From a bacterium (lineage in GTDB: Bacteria > UBA8248), in the NCBI GenBank assembly GCA_965207065.1, contig OZ242260.1:32001-96000 (forward strand): DNA of 64,000 bases, given 5' to 3'. Positions 41,181 through 50,716 of this stretch are shown here, piece after piece (within the stretch, counting starts at the first letter, position 1; the number at the start of each line of letters is the position of its first letter). The notes under the pieces are model-generated. The model did not search any database. It was given only the letters and a program-made list of their open reading frames with translations, and was not told where the DNA came from. The position numbers and the translations under genes were made by a program.

Positions 41181-41470
41181 CAGTGGTAATCCTCCAGATT
41201 GAGATGGTCCATGCGGCCGTCTACTTCGGAAAAAGTAATTCGCCAGTTGCCGGACACCGCAACACTCCACACGCCCCGCCGCGCTCCCCCAAGCCGGTGG
41301 ATGCGCCAGCCGGGAGGCGCTTCGGCGATGAAAGCGTCCATGTCTTCGGCAAGAATCAGCGCCGTCATGATGTTTCGCGCCCTGTCCACCAAATCCTGAC
41401 GCAGGAATCGGGAAGAATCATTTTCAAGCAGGCGACGCAGTCCCCGATGACGAACAGAACGAATGATCAT
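41180..41470 (-). CDS. higB: HigB (RelE/ParE) toxin
   Basis: IRSVRHRGLRRL...WRIHRL.G.RRG.WSVAVSGNWRITF...LNLEDYH. Confidence 0.9.
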   Translation of the reverse strand: MIIRSVRHRGLRRLLENDSSRFLRQDLVDRARNIMTALILAEDMDAFIAEAPPGWRIHRLGGARRGVWSVAVSGNWRITFSEVDGRMDHLNLEDYH

Positions 41471-41661
41471 GTATCCATATGTACGGCAACGCCGTTCGGA
41501 TTGCAACCGGGATGCCCGGTTTCCGCATCTTCCCCTTCCTCCCGAATGAAGGCGCCTGAACTCCGGGCGCCGCCCCGCTCGGGAGCGGCCACCACCATCG
41601 TCCGGACCTTGCCGGGAAGCGATGAGGGCGCATCGGCGCCCTCCGGCCTGGGAATCGCTCT

Positions 41662-42003
41662 CTATTCCGCCATGCGCCTGAGCCCCGTGAGCGGCCGGAG
41701 GCGGACCGTCCGCGAGGCGGGCTTAGCAGGCACGCTGATCTCCTCGCCGCTGAAGGGCAGGATCATCCGGCGCGCCTTTCTCGCAGGCTTGCGCGCGACT
41801 TCGATCTTCAAAAGGCCCGGAAGCGTGAAGACGCCCACGGCGCGTCTTTTGAGGTGACGCGCAATGAGAGTTCCGAGTTCATCGAGCACCAGGGCCACGT
41901 CTTTTTTGTGAAGCCCCGTCGAATCGGACAGCGCACCCAGCAGTTCGGACTTTTTCATCGCCGCCCGTAACGCCGTTTCCTTTCGTTTCGCCTGTTTCGC
42001 CAT
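41662..42003 (-). CDS. HU/IHF-family DNA-binding protein
   Basis: MKKSELL.AL...TGL.KKDV..VLD, FTLPGLLKI...KPARKAR...PFSGEEISVPAKPAS. Confidence 0.85.
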   Translation of the reverse strand: MAKQAKRKETALRAAMKKSELLGALSDSTGLHKKDVALVLDELGTLIARHLKRRAVGVFTLPGLLKIEVARKPARKARRMILPFSGEEISVPAKPASRTVRLRPLTGLRRMAE

Positions 42004-42331
42004 CCCGCGTCTCCTCTCGATGTTTTCGCCCGCTTCTCCCCGGAGGGTTCGTATCACGCGCCTGCGAACCGCGCCGCCGGACCCGGTGAATATGATTTTT
42101 TCGGTGAACGGATTCTACCGATCATACCCGGTTCCCCGGCGCCGGACAACGCCGCCGGCCGGGTGAAACCACCGAAACCTCCCCGACGAGGCCGCGCCGA
42201 GTCGCCGTCATCCCGCCGCCCGCCGGCGAGAGGTGGAGGCCGGGGAGAGAAGCCCGGGGCCGAGGGTGCGGGATCGAGAGAGAGGCCGCCGCGCCCCTCC
42301 GCCATCGACCCACGACCCGGGAGGATTTTCC

Positions 42332-42679
42332 ATGACAAACCCGAAACCATCCGCTGCGGCGCACTTGTTCGTCCTGGCGGGACCCGCTCTCGCGCTGCTC
42401 CTCACCCTTATCGCCATAAGCGGCGGGATGGGCGTCCGCTTCATCTCCGCGGCCTGGCTCCTCGCCGCGCTCTGGACCATCGTCACCGCGCTCTCGGGCG
42501 CCCTGTGGCGGGCGTACCGCGGCGACCGGTCCGCCTTCACCGCCTACACCCTCCCCGAGAAGAACGAGGATCGCTTCGATTGGGAGACCCGCACGGGGCG
42601 TTACTCCTGGCGGCGTGATTACGAGGAGGGCGAGATGTACGATGATGATTATCCCTACGGTCACGGCCCCTTCGCCTGA
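42332..42679 (+). CDS. Small membrane protein with acidic C-terminus
   Basis: GGAGG RBS; two TM-like segments. Confidence 0.6.
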   Translation: MTNPKPSAAAHLFVLAGPALALLLTLIAISGGMGVRFISAAWLLAALWTIVTALSGALWRAYRGDRSAFTAYTLPEKNEDRFDWETRTGRYSWRRDYEEGEMYDDDYPYGHGPFA

Positions 42680-43078
42680 GCGCGCGATGAACTCCGCTCT
42701 CTCCCGCTCATGCGGCGGCGCGCGCCCCGTATCCCGGCATACCCCCCTGGTTGTTCGCCGCGGCGTCCGGTCCTCTTCACGGACGCCCATATTATCCGAA
42801 ATCAATCCGCGCGCAAGGAAATTTTGTAGCGGATTTCCTGCGCCTTGCCGCCGTACGCGCTCACGTCCACCACCCACAGCGCCGGGGTTTGATAAAAAAA
42901 TCCGAAATGAATGCGCGTAGAGCGGCCGCATCCCTCTCTTCCTCCACAGGCGCGCCCCGCCCCGCCGGGAGGCGGAGCCGGGCCGGGAGGGGGCGGCGGA
43001 AGGGGTCCGGGAGGGAGGCTCTCCCGGTCGAGGTTTACTTCCGCCGCCATCACCCACCCACTCCAAGGAGGCCGCGCG

Positions 43079-43381
43079 ATGCGTAAACCCAAACCCGAAG
43101 CGAACACCTTCCTCATCCATCTTCTGGGCCCTGGCCTGGCCGACGAGCGATACGAGGTCAAACGCTATAAAGCCACGGGAGAGGGCGACATCAGGCCCGC
43201 GCCCTTTCCCGAGAGCGGGAAGCCCAGGAGGAGGCGCGTGACCGCCTCGCGCCGTATTGTCAGGGAGATGCGTCCCGCACGTGACGAGCTCATCGTCTGT
43301 ACGGGGATCAAGGTCCCCGGGAGCGGACTGCAGCTCTGGGGCGAACACCTCGTCTGGGGCCGGATGATGAGCAGGGGATGA
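43079..43381 (+). CDS. Hypothetical protein
   Basis: AAGGAGG RBS, 100 aa. Confidence 0.55.
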   Translation: MRKPKPEANTFLIHLLGPGLADERYEVKRYKATGEGDIRPAPFPESGKPRRRRVTASRRIVREMRPARDELIVCTGIKVPGSGLQLWGEHLVWGRMMSRG

Positions 43382-43471
43382 AGTCCCTCCTGGGAAGCAT
43401 TTCCGCCCGCAAGACATCTCGCCGGCCCACTGCCGTCCGTGCGGACTCCAGTCGCCGGAAGGAGGGAAACC

Positions 43472-44281
43472 ATGCCCCATAAGGACCCGGAGAAGCGACG
43501 CGCTTATGATCGCAAACGCCACAGGCGGAGAGCGGACGAACGCCGCGCGCGGAATTTATGTCCAAAATGCGGCCGGGATTATCCCGCGCCCGGGCGAAGC
43601 CACTGCGAATCCTGCCTCGCGAGAAACCGGGCCGCCGAACGCGCCCGGTACGCCAAAGCCCGGGGAGAGGGGGCTCGATACGGAGGACGCTCTCCAGAGA
43701 GCCGCCGCCGCATGGCGCGTGTGAGGGCGAGGAAGCGCCGGGACGATCGTCTCGAAGCCGGGCTCTGCACGACTTGCGGCGAACGAGAACCCGCCGAGGG
43801 CGCCACCGTCTGCGAAAATTGCAAGGATTCGCGCCGCGCGGCGGAGAAGAAGCTTTATGAAAAAAGGCGCGCCGGGGGACTTTGCGGAAGATGCGGAGGA
43901 GAGGTCCTCGCGGGGGCTTCGACGTGCGCCTCGTGCGCCGCAAGGGACGTGAAACGCCGACCGCGGAAGAACGCCGCGAGCCGGGCGCGCTATCGCGAAA
44001 GACGCGCCCGCGAGATCTGCGTGGACTGCTCATCCGACACACAAGGAGCATCGAGGTGCGCACCGTGCGCACGACGATCATACCACTCCTCCGGCGAGCA
44101 CAGGGGGATGCCGGTCTTTCCGGCGCGGTTCACCGTGGTGGAACTCAATACGGGCGCAGAGCACGGCCCCCTCGACTCCTGGGAGGAGGTGGCCATGTGC
44201 CTCGCCTTCAAGAGGCTCTCCCGCGAGGAAGTGGAGGTGGTCGAGGACGCGCCCTTGATTTCCGGGCTCGCCGGGTGGTGA
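43472..44281 (+). CDS. Cys-rich protein with eight CxxC motifs and Arg-rich spacers
   Basis: AAGGAGG RBS; CPKC/CESC, CTTC/CENC, CGRC/CASC, CVDC/CAPC. Confidence 0.75.
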   Translation: MPHKDPEKRRAYDRKRHRRRADERRARNLCPKCGRDYPAPGRSHCESCLARNRAAERARYAKARGEGARYGGRSPESRRRMARVRARKRRDDRLEAGLCTTCGEREPAEGATVCENCKDSRRAAEKKLYEKRRAGGLCGRCGGEVLAGASTCASCAARDVKRRPRKNAASRARYRERRAREICVDCSSDTQGASRCAPCARRSYHSSGEHRGMPVFPARFTVVELNTGAEHGPLDSWEEVAMCLAFKRLSREEVEVVEDAPLISGLAGW

Positions 44282-44380
44282 GCGTCGCCTGAGCCGGCAC
44301 GGGTACGTACCGCCGGCGGACCGACGACGCAGGAGGGGGAGGGTTCGCCGCCTCCCTGCTCCGCAGCCGGCCCATCGACC

Positions 44381-44833
44381 TCAGGGCGTCTGCCGGAAGC
44401 GGCTTCGCCGGGGGGGAGTCTCCGATTCGCTCAACGCCCGGAGGAGGAACCTGCCGGGCGAACGCCCGCGCCATTCCCGAGGCAAGGCGAGTCCCGGGCC
44501 GCGGGGCCTTCGCTCGACCCGCCAGGCCGCCACCCATACCGGGAGAGAGACCAGGAGCGCCTGAACGCTTGAGGGGAGCGGACCGAAGAAGCCCGCGACT
44601 GCGGCGCCGCCGAGCGCGAGCCACGCCACCAGGGCGGGACCCGGATAGCCCGAGCGGGCGAGGCGCCTGCAGGCGAGCGCGAGCGGCAGGCCGCACGGCG
44701 CAACCGCCGCCAACTCCACGAGGGAGGCGGGCGCCATCATTCCGGACACGGACCCCGCGCGCAGAACCTCTTCCGCGATAATCCCTCCCGGCAGCCACAG
44801 CAGCGCCGGCAACCAGTATCTCAGACTTGCCAT
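44381..44833 (-). CDS. Hypothetical membrane protein
   Basis: AAGGAG RBS; several hydrophobic segments. Confidence 0.55.
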   Translation of the reverse strand: MASLRYWLPALLWLPGGIIAEEVLRAGSVSGMMAPASLVELAAVAPCGLPLALACRRLARSGYPGPALVAWLALGGAAVAGFFGPLPSSVQALLVSLPVWVAAWRVERRPRGPGLALPREWRGRSPGRFLLRALSESETPPRRSRFRQTP

Positions 44834-45035
44834 GTTTTCTCCTTCCTCACGTCCGCGCGCCTTCTGACACGAATCCGCGGCAAAGGCAAGCCCCCTCCGC
44901 GAGTGGTTCCCGCCGGGTGAGAACCTCCTCCCGAGAGTGAGAGTGAAGCGGGGAGCCGGGCAAATGCCCGGCAGGGGAGAGGGAGACGGTCTCCAGCTCC
45001 CGCCGCCGGCGACAACCCCGAGAGGAGGCCTGGCC

Positions 45036-45170
45036 ATGTACGAGAACGACTACGACGTCGACGTTCCCACCGCGGACGAACTGCTCGCAGAACTCGGACT
45101 CGACGCCTACACGATCCGCAAGCTGCGCGACGAGGCGCAAGGCGAGGCGGAGGAGTTCTGTAGCGTGTAG
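45036..45170 (+). CDS. 44-aa highly acidic peptide
   Basis: AGGAGG RBS; MYENDYDVDVPTADELLAELGLDAYTIRKLRDEAQGEAEEFCSV. Confidence 0.6.
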   Translation: MYENDYDVDVPTADELLAELGLDAYTIRKLRDEAQGEAEEFCSV

Positions 45171-45247
45171 GGCGAACCGGAGGGTAGAGAGAAAGGCTCT
45201 CTACCTCCCGTCACTTTTTCACACTCTCACCACGAAGGAGTACTACA

Positions 45248-45688
45248 ATGGCATTCGGACTGAACCGTGCGGAACTGATCGGGCGTCTCGGCGCCGACGT
45301 CACCATCAACCATCTCGCGAGCGGGGGGCGTGTCGCGAATCTTTCGATCGCCACGGATGAGGGGTACGTGGATCGACAATCGGGCAATCGAGTGGAAAAA
45401 GTCGAGTGGCACCGCGTAGTCACCTTCCAGCCGGGCCTCGTCGATATGTTCGAACGGCACGCGAAGAAGGGACGCCTGGTCTACGTCGCCGGCAAGCTCC
45501 AGACCCGCCGCTGGAAGAAGGACGAGGAGGATTCGGATCGCTTCTCCACCGAGATCCTCATCGCGCCCGGCGGGGTCGTGCAGTTCCTCGACAAGGCGAA
45601 CGGGAGCAGCAACGGAAACGGCGCGCACCCCGAGACGGCCGACGTGGCGGCGACCGCGGGCGTAGCCGGGCAGGAGATTCCATTCTGA
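45248..45688 (+). CDS. ssb: Single-stranded DNA-binding protein
   Basis: LNRAELIGRLGAD, EWHRVV, KKGRLVYVAGKLQTRRW, C-terminal EIPF. Confidence 0.95.
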   Translation: MAFGLNRAELIGRLGADVTINHLASGGRVANLSIATDEGYVDRQSGNRVEKVEWHRVVTFQPGLVDMFERHAKKGRLVYVAGKLQTRRWKKDEEDSDRFSTEILIAPGGVVQFLDKANGSSNGNGAHPETADVAATAGVAGQEIPF

Positions 45689-46287
45689 TCACCCCGGGGG
45701 TCGGCGCCACGCGCCGGCCCCTTCTTTTTTGCTCCGGATCCCGAGGAGGCCCATATGCCCCGAACACCCTCTCCCGCGTCTTTCCCGCCCTGCCGGCTCT
45801 CTCATCTACAGGGGGTCACCCGGGGAATCTCCGGTTCCGTGAACGGTAAACCATGTTCCCGGAAGATCGGCAGAAACGCTGCAATCATCCCGTATTCAAG
45901 ACAGTGGCTCAGTCTCCCCCCCGCTGCGGGAATTCCGGGCCGAATAACGGCCCGGAATGACCCTTTCCGCAGCATGAGAGATTGTTTCCCGATGAGCTTC
46001 GCCTTCATCGTGAAACACCAGAAGCTCTAGTGTCCCGGTGGCGGTCCTAGTGTCTCTCTCTTGGCGTCCTCATTTTAGCACGAACGCCGGGCGAATAAAG
46101 GGTGGCCGCAAGCGGCCATCATTTGCCGGTACCCCCCAAAAAACGATGAGGCGTGTTTTTCGGGAACCCCCCGGAAAATGACGAGCCCTTGATTCGCCCG
46201 CCTGCGGGCGCCGGATACCCGGCGCCCTTACGTGCTGAAAATGGGACGCCAAGAAGCGCATCCGTTAACTCTCTGGAGGAGAAAGGC

Positions 46288-46659
46288 ATGGATACCACCG
46301 TGGTGAACCTGAACGACTATGTCGCAGAAAACGACAGTGGCTTGCTGGTAAGGATCGACCGCAGGACGAAGTGGGGAAACCCCTTCCGGGTCGGCACCGA
46401 CGGCGACCGCGACGACGTCATCGAGAAATACCGGCGATGGCTGTGGGAGAAAATCCAGCGCGAGGAGCTGGACCTCCACGAACTCGCCGACCTCCAGGGC
46501 TGCGAACTCGGCTGCCACTGCCATCCCCTCCCCTGCCACGGCGACGTACTCGCGCGCGCCGCCGAGTGGGCAGCCAGGTATCTCGACGAGATGCCCAGGG
46601 AAGTGGGGCGCAACGAGCGTGGCTACGCTCTTCCCGAATTCAACCATCCCCTCGCTTGA
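46288..46659 (+). CDS. DUF4326-domain protein
   Basis: IDRRTKWGNPF...RDDVIEKYR...LGCHCHPLPCHGDVL. Confidence 0.85.
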   Translation: MDTTVVNLNDYVAENDSGLLVRIDRRTKWGNPFRVGTDGDRDDVIEKYRRWLWEKIQREELDLHELADLQGCELGCHCHPLPCHGDVLARAAEWAARYLDEMPREVGRNERGYALPEFNHPLA

Positions 46660-46680
46660 GGACAACCAAAGGAGTGAACG

Positions 46681-47631
46681 ATGACTGCCACCACAACGCA
46701 CAAGGAGATGATCATGCACGAGTACGCAGAGGACGAGACTCAGAACGAATCTTTCACCGCCATGATCTGCGAGCAGGCCGCACTGTTCGGCGCAACTCCC
46801 GGGCCGGATGAGTTCGACAACCGCACCGTGTGGGACGTGACCGAGTCCACAGACGCCGTCCTGAGAGCCTTCCACCTTCTCGCGGAGGCAGCGCCTGACG
46901 GAACGCAACTCGCCGACGAACGCAGTAATCTTCTCTGGGGTTTCGTCAACGCCTTAGACGCCCAGGCGCAGCGACTCGACCGCGCCGCCGACAGGATCAT
47001 CCCGCAAGTCCGGGAACTCCAGCGCGAGCAGGACGGCTCCGAGATCCGCTCGCGTGAACTCGAACTCAAGATCGACCGCGCGCAGAATCTGAACGACCGA
47101 CGCGACGCCTTCGAGCAGATGAGAGACGCTGCCTCAGAGGCCTACCGCGACCTCACCGGCGAGGTATGGCGGCCCAGGCGGGGGTCGCACGTCTCACAGA
47201 CCGGCAAGCTCACCTCCGCCGTCATCGAGGCGCGAGACTTCCAGCGCGCCAGAAAGGACCGCGAGAACACGGCCCACCTCCCCCAGGGAACCCTCGTCGC
47301 CGTCGCGGGCGGCAAGGAGGCGAACGATGCGGGGAAAATCATCGCGCATCTCGACAAGGTCAAGGCCAAGTACGCCGACGTCGTTCTCGTCCACGGCGGC
47401 GGCCCGGGCGCCGAGAAAATCGCGGCGGGATGGGCCGAGCGCAACGGCATTCATCAGGTGGTATGCAAGCCCGACTGGGAGGCCCACGGCAGGGCGGCTC
47501 CCTTCAGGCGCAACGACGAACTCCTCAGCCTTCTCCCCAAGGGCGTGATCGCGTTCCCGGGCAGCGGCATCACGGACAATTTGATCGACAAAGCGCGGGC
47601 GCTCGGCATACCCGTAAAACAGGTCAGTTGA
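46681..47631 (+). CDS. DUF2493 / YspA-SLOG family protein
   Basis: VAVAGG, VLVHGG.PGAEKIAAGWA, PDW..HGRAAPFRRND, IAFPGSGIT.NL.DKAR.LGIPV. Confidence 0.85.
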   Translation: MTATTTHKEMIMHEYAEDETQNESFTAMICEQAALFGATPGPDEFDNRTVWDVTESTDAVLRAFHLLAEAAPDGTQLADERSNLLWGFVNALDAQAQRLDRAADRIIPQVRELQREQDGSEIRSRELELKIDRAQNLNDRRDAFEQMRDAASEAYRDLTGEVWRPRRGSHVSQTGKLTSAVIEARDFQRARKDRENTAHLPQGTLVAVAGGKEANDAGKIIAHLDKVKAKYADVVLVHGGGPGAEKIAAGWAERNGIHQVVCKPDWEAHGRAAPFRRNDELLSLLPKGVIAFPGSGITDNLIDKARALGIPVKQVS

Positions 47632-47840
47632 TTGCAGCATCCGACGGGTCGCGTCGCCCGGCGGCGCGGCCCGTTTTTGTTCTCCTTCGTTAGCCGTCGC
47701 ACACGCCTCTCCTGTTTGCTCTTCTCATCTCCTCCCGCTCACTCGCCGCGGCTGCTCCCGCTCGCCATTCTCGCCGGCAAAAATTCCCCCGACTCGCATT
47801 CCCGAAGATCCCTGCGCTAGCCGCCCTTCGGCGCTTCTTT

Positions 47841-47866
47841 CAGCACACCGGACGCACCTCGGTGCA
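47841..47866 (-). other. Candidate MOBF origin of transfer (nic between 47845 and 47844)
   Basis: Minus strand GCACC-GA-GGTGCGTCCGGTGT^GCTG: inverted repeat followed by the TGCGTnnGGTGT^R pattern of F/R46/R388-type nic sites. Confidence 0.65.
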
Positions 47867-48235
47867 GGTGCAGGCCATGCGCGCCCCCGGCATGCAATCC
47901 CTTGCGCAAACGACGCCGAATCCCGCCTCCTTGATGCCGAAAAAAGTAATACCAATCCGGTAGCACCTGAACCCTTTGAAATTCCTGCACTTAAAGGTGT
48001 CGTATGCTCATTGTAACTCGGCGTAATATGGGGATTTCCTGCAGGATACCAAATTGGTAGTACTCAGACACGCGCTGCGCTATGATGAATACCGATTTGG
48101 TATTGCCAACTTCCGACATCGATTCGAGGACTTCCCGGTTCGCGGCAAGTGTATTCGGTGCAAGGAAACAGGAATCCCCCGCTCTTTTTGGACCGGAATC
48201 GATGAAAATCTTCACGAAAAGGAGCGGCGAAACGA

Positions 48236-48586
48236 ATGGCGCAGACGGCACAGACGGCACAGAAGAACATCCGCTTCACGTCCGAACAGTGGAAACGCGT
48301 CGAAAAAGAGGCCGAAAAGCGAGACATTTCGCCGAACCGGCTCGTGGTCGAGCTCACAATGGAGGGTCTGGAGCACCGGGAATGGCCGCGAACCAAAGCA
48401 GAAATCCATCTGTTACGATCGGCAATGTTTGTCGCTCAAGCCATCATTCACGACATGGAAATGGCCGGACGCGAGGAGGAAATCGAGCAAATCAGCAGGA
48501 ACATCTCCGAAATCGCACCGGAATTGCCGGGTAATTCGGCAACTGAACCTTTGGATCAGGCAGTTACAAGAACCAACAATTCGTGA
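48236..48586 (+). CDS. RHH-like protein, candidate relaxosome accessory factor
   Basis: NIRFTSEQWKRVEKEAEKRDISPNRLVVEL beta-helix-helix pattern; next to candidate oriT. Confidence 0.55.
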   Translation: MAQTAQTAQKNIRFTSEQWKRVEKEAEKRDISPNRLVVELTMEGLEHREWPRTKAEIHLLRSAMFVAQAIIHDMEMAGREEEIEQISRNISEIAPELPGNSATEPLDQAVTRTNNS

Positions 48587-48599
48587 ATCGATATCCACC

Positions 48600-48809
48600 A
48601 TCTAGGTGTCAATTGCGCAACAAAACGGTTGGAAAGTTCAGTCTCGCTGGGTCTCAGCACAAAACGGACATCTTCCCGAACCCCTTCGGCATCAGGCCAC
48701 GACTGAATACGCTCACTTGGCTGACAGCCACCTTGCCGATGCAGCGGAGAAGATCGGAAACACGGTTATCGCAACTGTGAAAAGACGCAGAACATCGGAC
48801 CCGCCATGA
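48600..48809 (+). pseudogene. Tyrosine integrase C-terminal remnant
   Basis: HQATTEYAHLADSHLADAAEKIG. Confidence 0.5.
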
Positions 48810-49007
48810 CACACCTCTCGAACCCCCTCACTTATCCGGCAAATTGAACCCGTTTACGTCGTACCGAATCGGTAAAATCCCGTACTTCTTCCTGGTGCAA
48901 CAGGAGACTGAGGGTTGAGGACGCTCACGATAGCATAACCATTTAGCCAGGGAATCATCTGGCCTGATTCAAATGGCCATTTCGCCGTCAGGAGTAGGTA
49001 ATTTGAA

Positions 49008-50318
49008 TCATCGTGATTTCATCTCTCTCACAGAACGGACGAAATCGACATGTTTCGCGCGAGATTCCGCAGTCACGGGGATTTCGGTCGCCCTTATCTT
49101 GGTGCAGATCGTTTCCATCTCCTGGCGCGTCAAGTCCGGATACGATGAGCAATTACACGAGAAGGCGATGTAGCGGTGCAGGTCCGCCAAACCCATGCAA
49201 ATCACGCCTCGCATCCGCCATGTTTCATTCTGATTCGCAATCCTCTCGTGTTCATCAAACGGCAGGAATGCATCCGCCGTTTTCAGGTGTGCATCTCCTA
49301 CGAACGCCACGATTGGCCGAAGCAACCAACGATCAACGATGTTGAGTTTAAGAAGAGCCTTTGCGTGCCCCTCGTTTTGCAATAGCGGATTGTAAAACTT
49401 GAACTTATTCGACTTGATTCCAGCATTGCGAGACCGGCGGCCCGCCTTGAATAATTGCGTCCACTGCTTCTGGCCAGGCTTTCCAAATACCCACCCGTTT
49501 ATTTCTTTGGTCTCAATCAGAAATAAAGCACTTGGCGACACCAAGATATGGTCGATTTGCGTTGTCCCTTGTCCGGAAGGCAACATGACGTCATTGAGCA
49601 GCATCCAATCCCTGTAATGTCTCATCAACTCCCGACCGACTAAACGCTCGCCATCGTTAATCGGAGCTGCTGTCAAATCTCGTGTATGGCTGCCCTGAGT
49701 CCGGCGGCCTTCCTGCCCGTTTCTTTTATGTCCAAACCATCGATGAACCTCACGTCGGCGATCACGTCTGCCAGATGACGGAAGCCGCGTAGCAGGCGCC
49801 ACCGCTTCTCGGCGCTCACGGCGAGCTGATGCACGAGGCTCAGCGCCGTCTTCTCGCTCAGGCAGTTCCTGGTCTTCGCCGTTCGCAGCCGGATGGTGGC
49901 GAAGGTCGTCTCGATGGGGTTCATCGTCCGAAGGCTCTGCCGGTGCGCAGCCGGGAAGTCGTAGAATGCGAGTAGTTCCTCCCGACGGCGTTGGCTGAGG
50001 CGAATCAACTGTTGTGGTGCCGAGTTTCCGGCCGAGCAGATACAGAAGAAGCGCTAAAACGATAGCGCCCCCGCTCAAAACATCCAATGGCCCATCCACC
50101 ACGTCAGGGACTAATGTCGTCCAGGACACGGCACTCTCGGAAGCGGAAAATTCAGGCATATTTGCGTTGTAGACGACAATCTTCTGGCCAATATGCACCA
50201 AATCAGGATTTTCGATACGATTCCATCTCTGCAATGCGTCCACGCTGACGCCATAACGAGTCGCAATTTCGGAAAGCGTCTCTCCCGGTTCGACATGTGT
50301 CTCTATGATTTTGTTCAT
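49008..50318 (-). CDS. LysM - TM - NERD nuclease-domain protein carrying an in-frame IS256 fragment
   Basis: HVEPGETLSEIATRYGVSVDALQRWNRIENPDLVHIGQKI; TTQIDHILVSPSALFLIETK..GWVFG, FYNPLLQN.GH. Confidence 0.78.
   Translation of the reverse strand: MNKIIETHVEPGETLSEIATRYGVSVDALQRWNRIENPDLVHIGQKIVVYNANMPEFSASESAVSWTTLVPDVVDGPLDVLSGGAIVLALLLYLLGRKLGTTTVDSPQPTPSGGTTRILRLPGCAPAEPSDDEPHRDDLRHHPAANGEDQELPEREDGAEPRASARRERREAVAPATRLPSSGRRDRRREVHRWFGHKRNGQEGRRTQGSHTRDLTAAPINDGERLVGRELMRHYRDWMLLNDVMLPSGQGTTQIDHILVSPSALFLIETKEINGWVFGKPGQKQWTQLFKAGRRSRNAGIKSNKFKFYNPLLQNEGHAKALLKLNIVDRWLLRPIVAFVGDAHLKTADAFLPFDEHERIANQNETWRMRGVICMGLADLHRYIAFSCNCSSYPDLTRQEMETICTKIRATEIPVTAESRAKHVDFVRSVREMKSR
49664..49985 (-). 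mobile_element. IS256-family remnant (transposase C-terminus + right end)
   Basis: ELLAFYDFPAAH.QSLRT.NPIETTFATIRLRT.KTRNCLS...AEKRWR.LRG; end ATACACGAGATTTGACAGCAGCTC. Confidence 0.8.
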
Positions 50319-50716
50319 TTCGGAAACGGCATCCAGCCGACAATGTCTCTTGGGCCGGTGGTGAGGACCCATGTCTTCCCGGTTTGGTAGTCCGTCAGAA
50401 ATGTATTTCGAACTGCTAATCCTGAGGTGAATACAACAAACCTCGCTTCACGCGTACCGGATGTATCCGGTAGACCCAGCACGGGCATCTTCTGCCAAGT
50501 TACTTCGCCATTTCGTGCTTTCACTAACTGATCTACATTCCCTGTGTATCGGTCCAATCGCAACGTCCACCTCACCGCTAGGGGGGGCTGCACAATCGCA
50601 AATCGGCCCTCTCGCGGCAGTGGCGTGGATTGGTGGACTCTGGCCACATTAGAATGTGGCGATGCCGAGCCGGCTAGAAAAAAACTATGCAAATAATCAC
50701 TCCAACAGGTATACAA
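50315..50716 (-). CDS. Hypothetical protein (start uncertain)
   Basis: RFAIVQPPLA..TLRLDRYTG.V..L; ATGA overlap with the LysM gene. Confidence 0.5.
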   Translation of the reverse strand: MYTCWSDYLHSFFLAGSASPHSNVARVHQSTPLPREGRFAIVQPPLAVRWTLRLDRYTGNVDQLVKARNGEVTWQKMPVLGLPDTSGTREARFVVFTSGLAVRNTFLTDYQTGKTWVLTTGPRDIVGWMPFPK

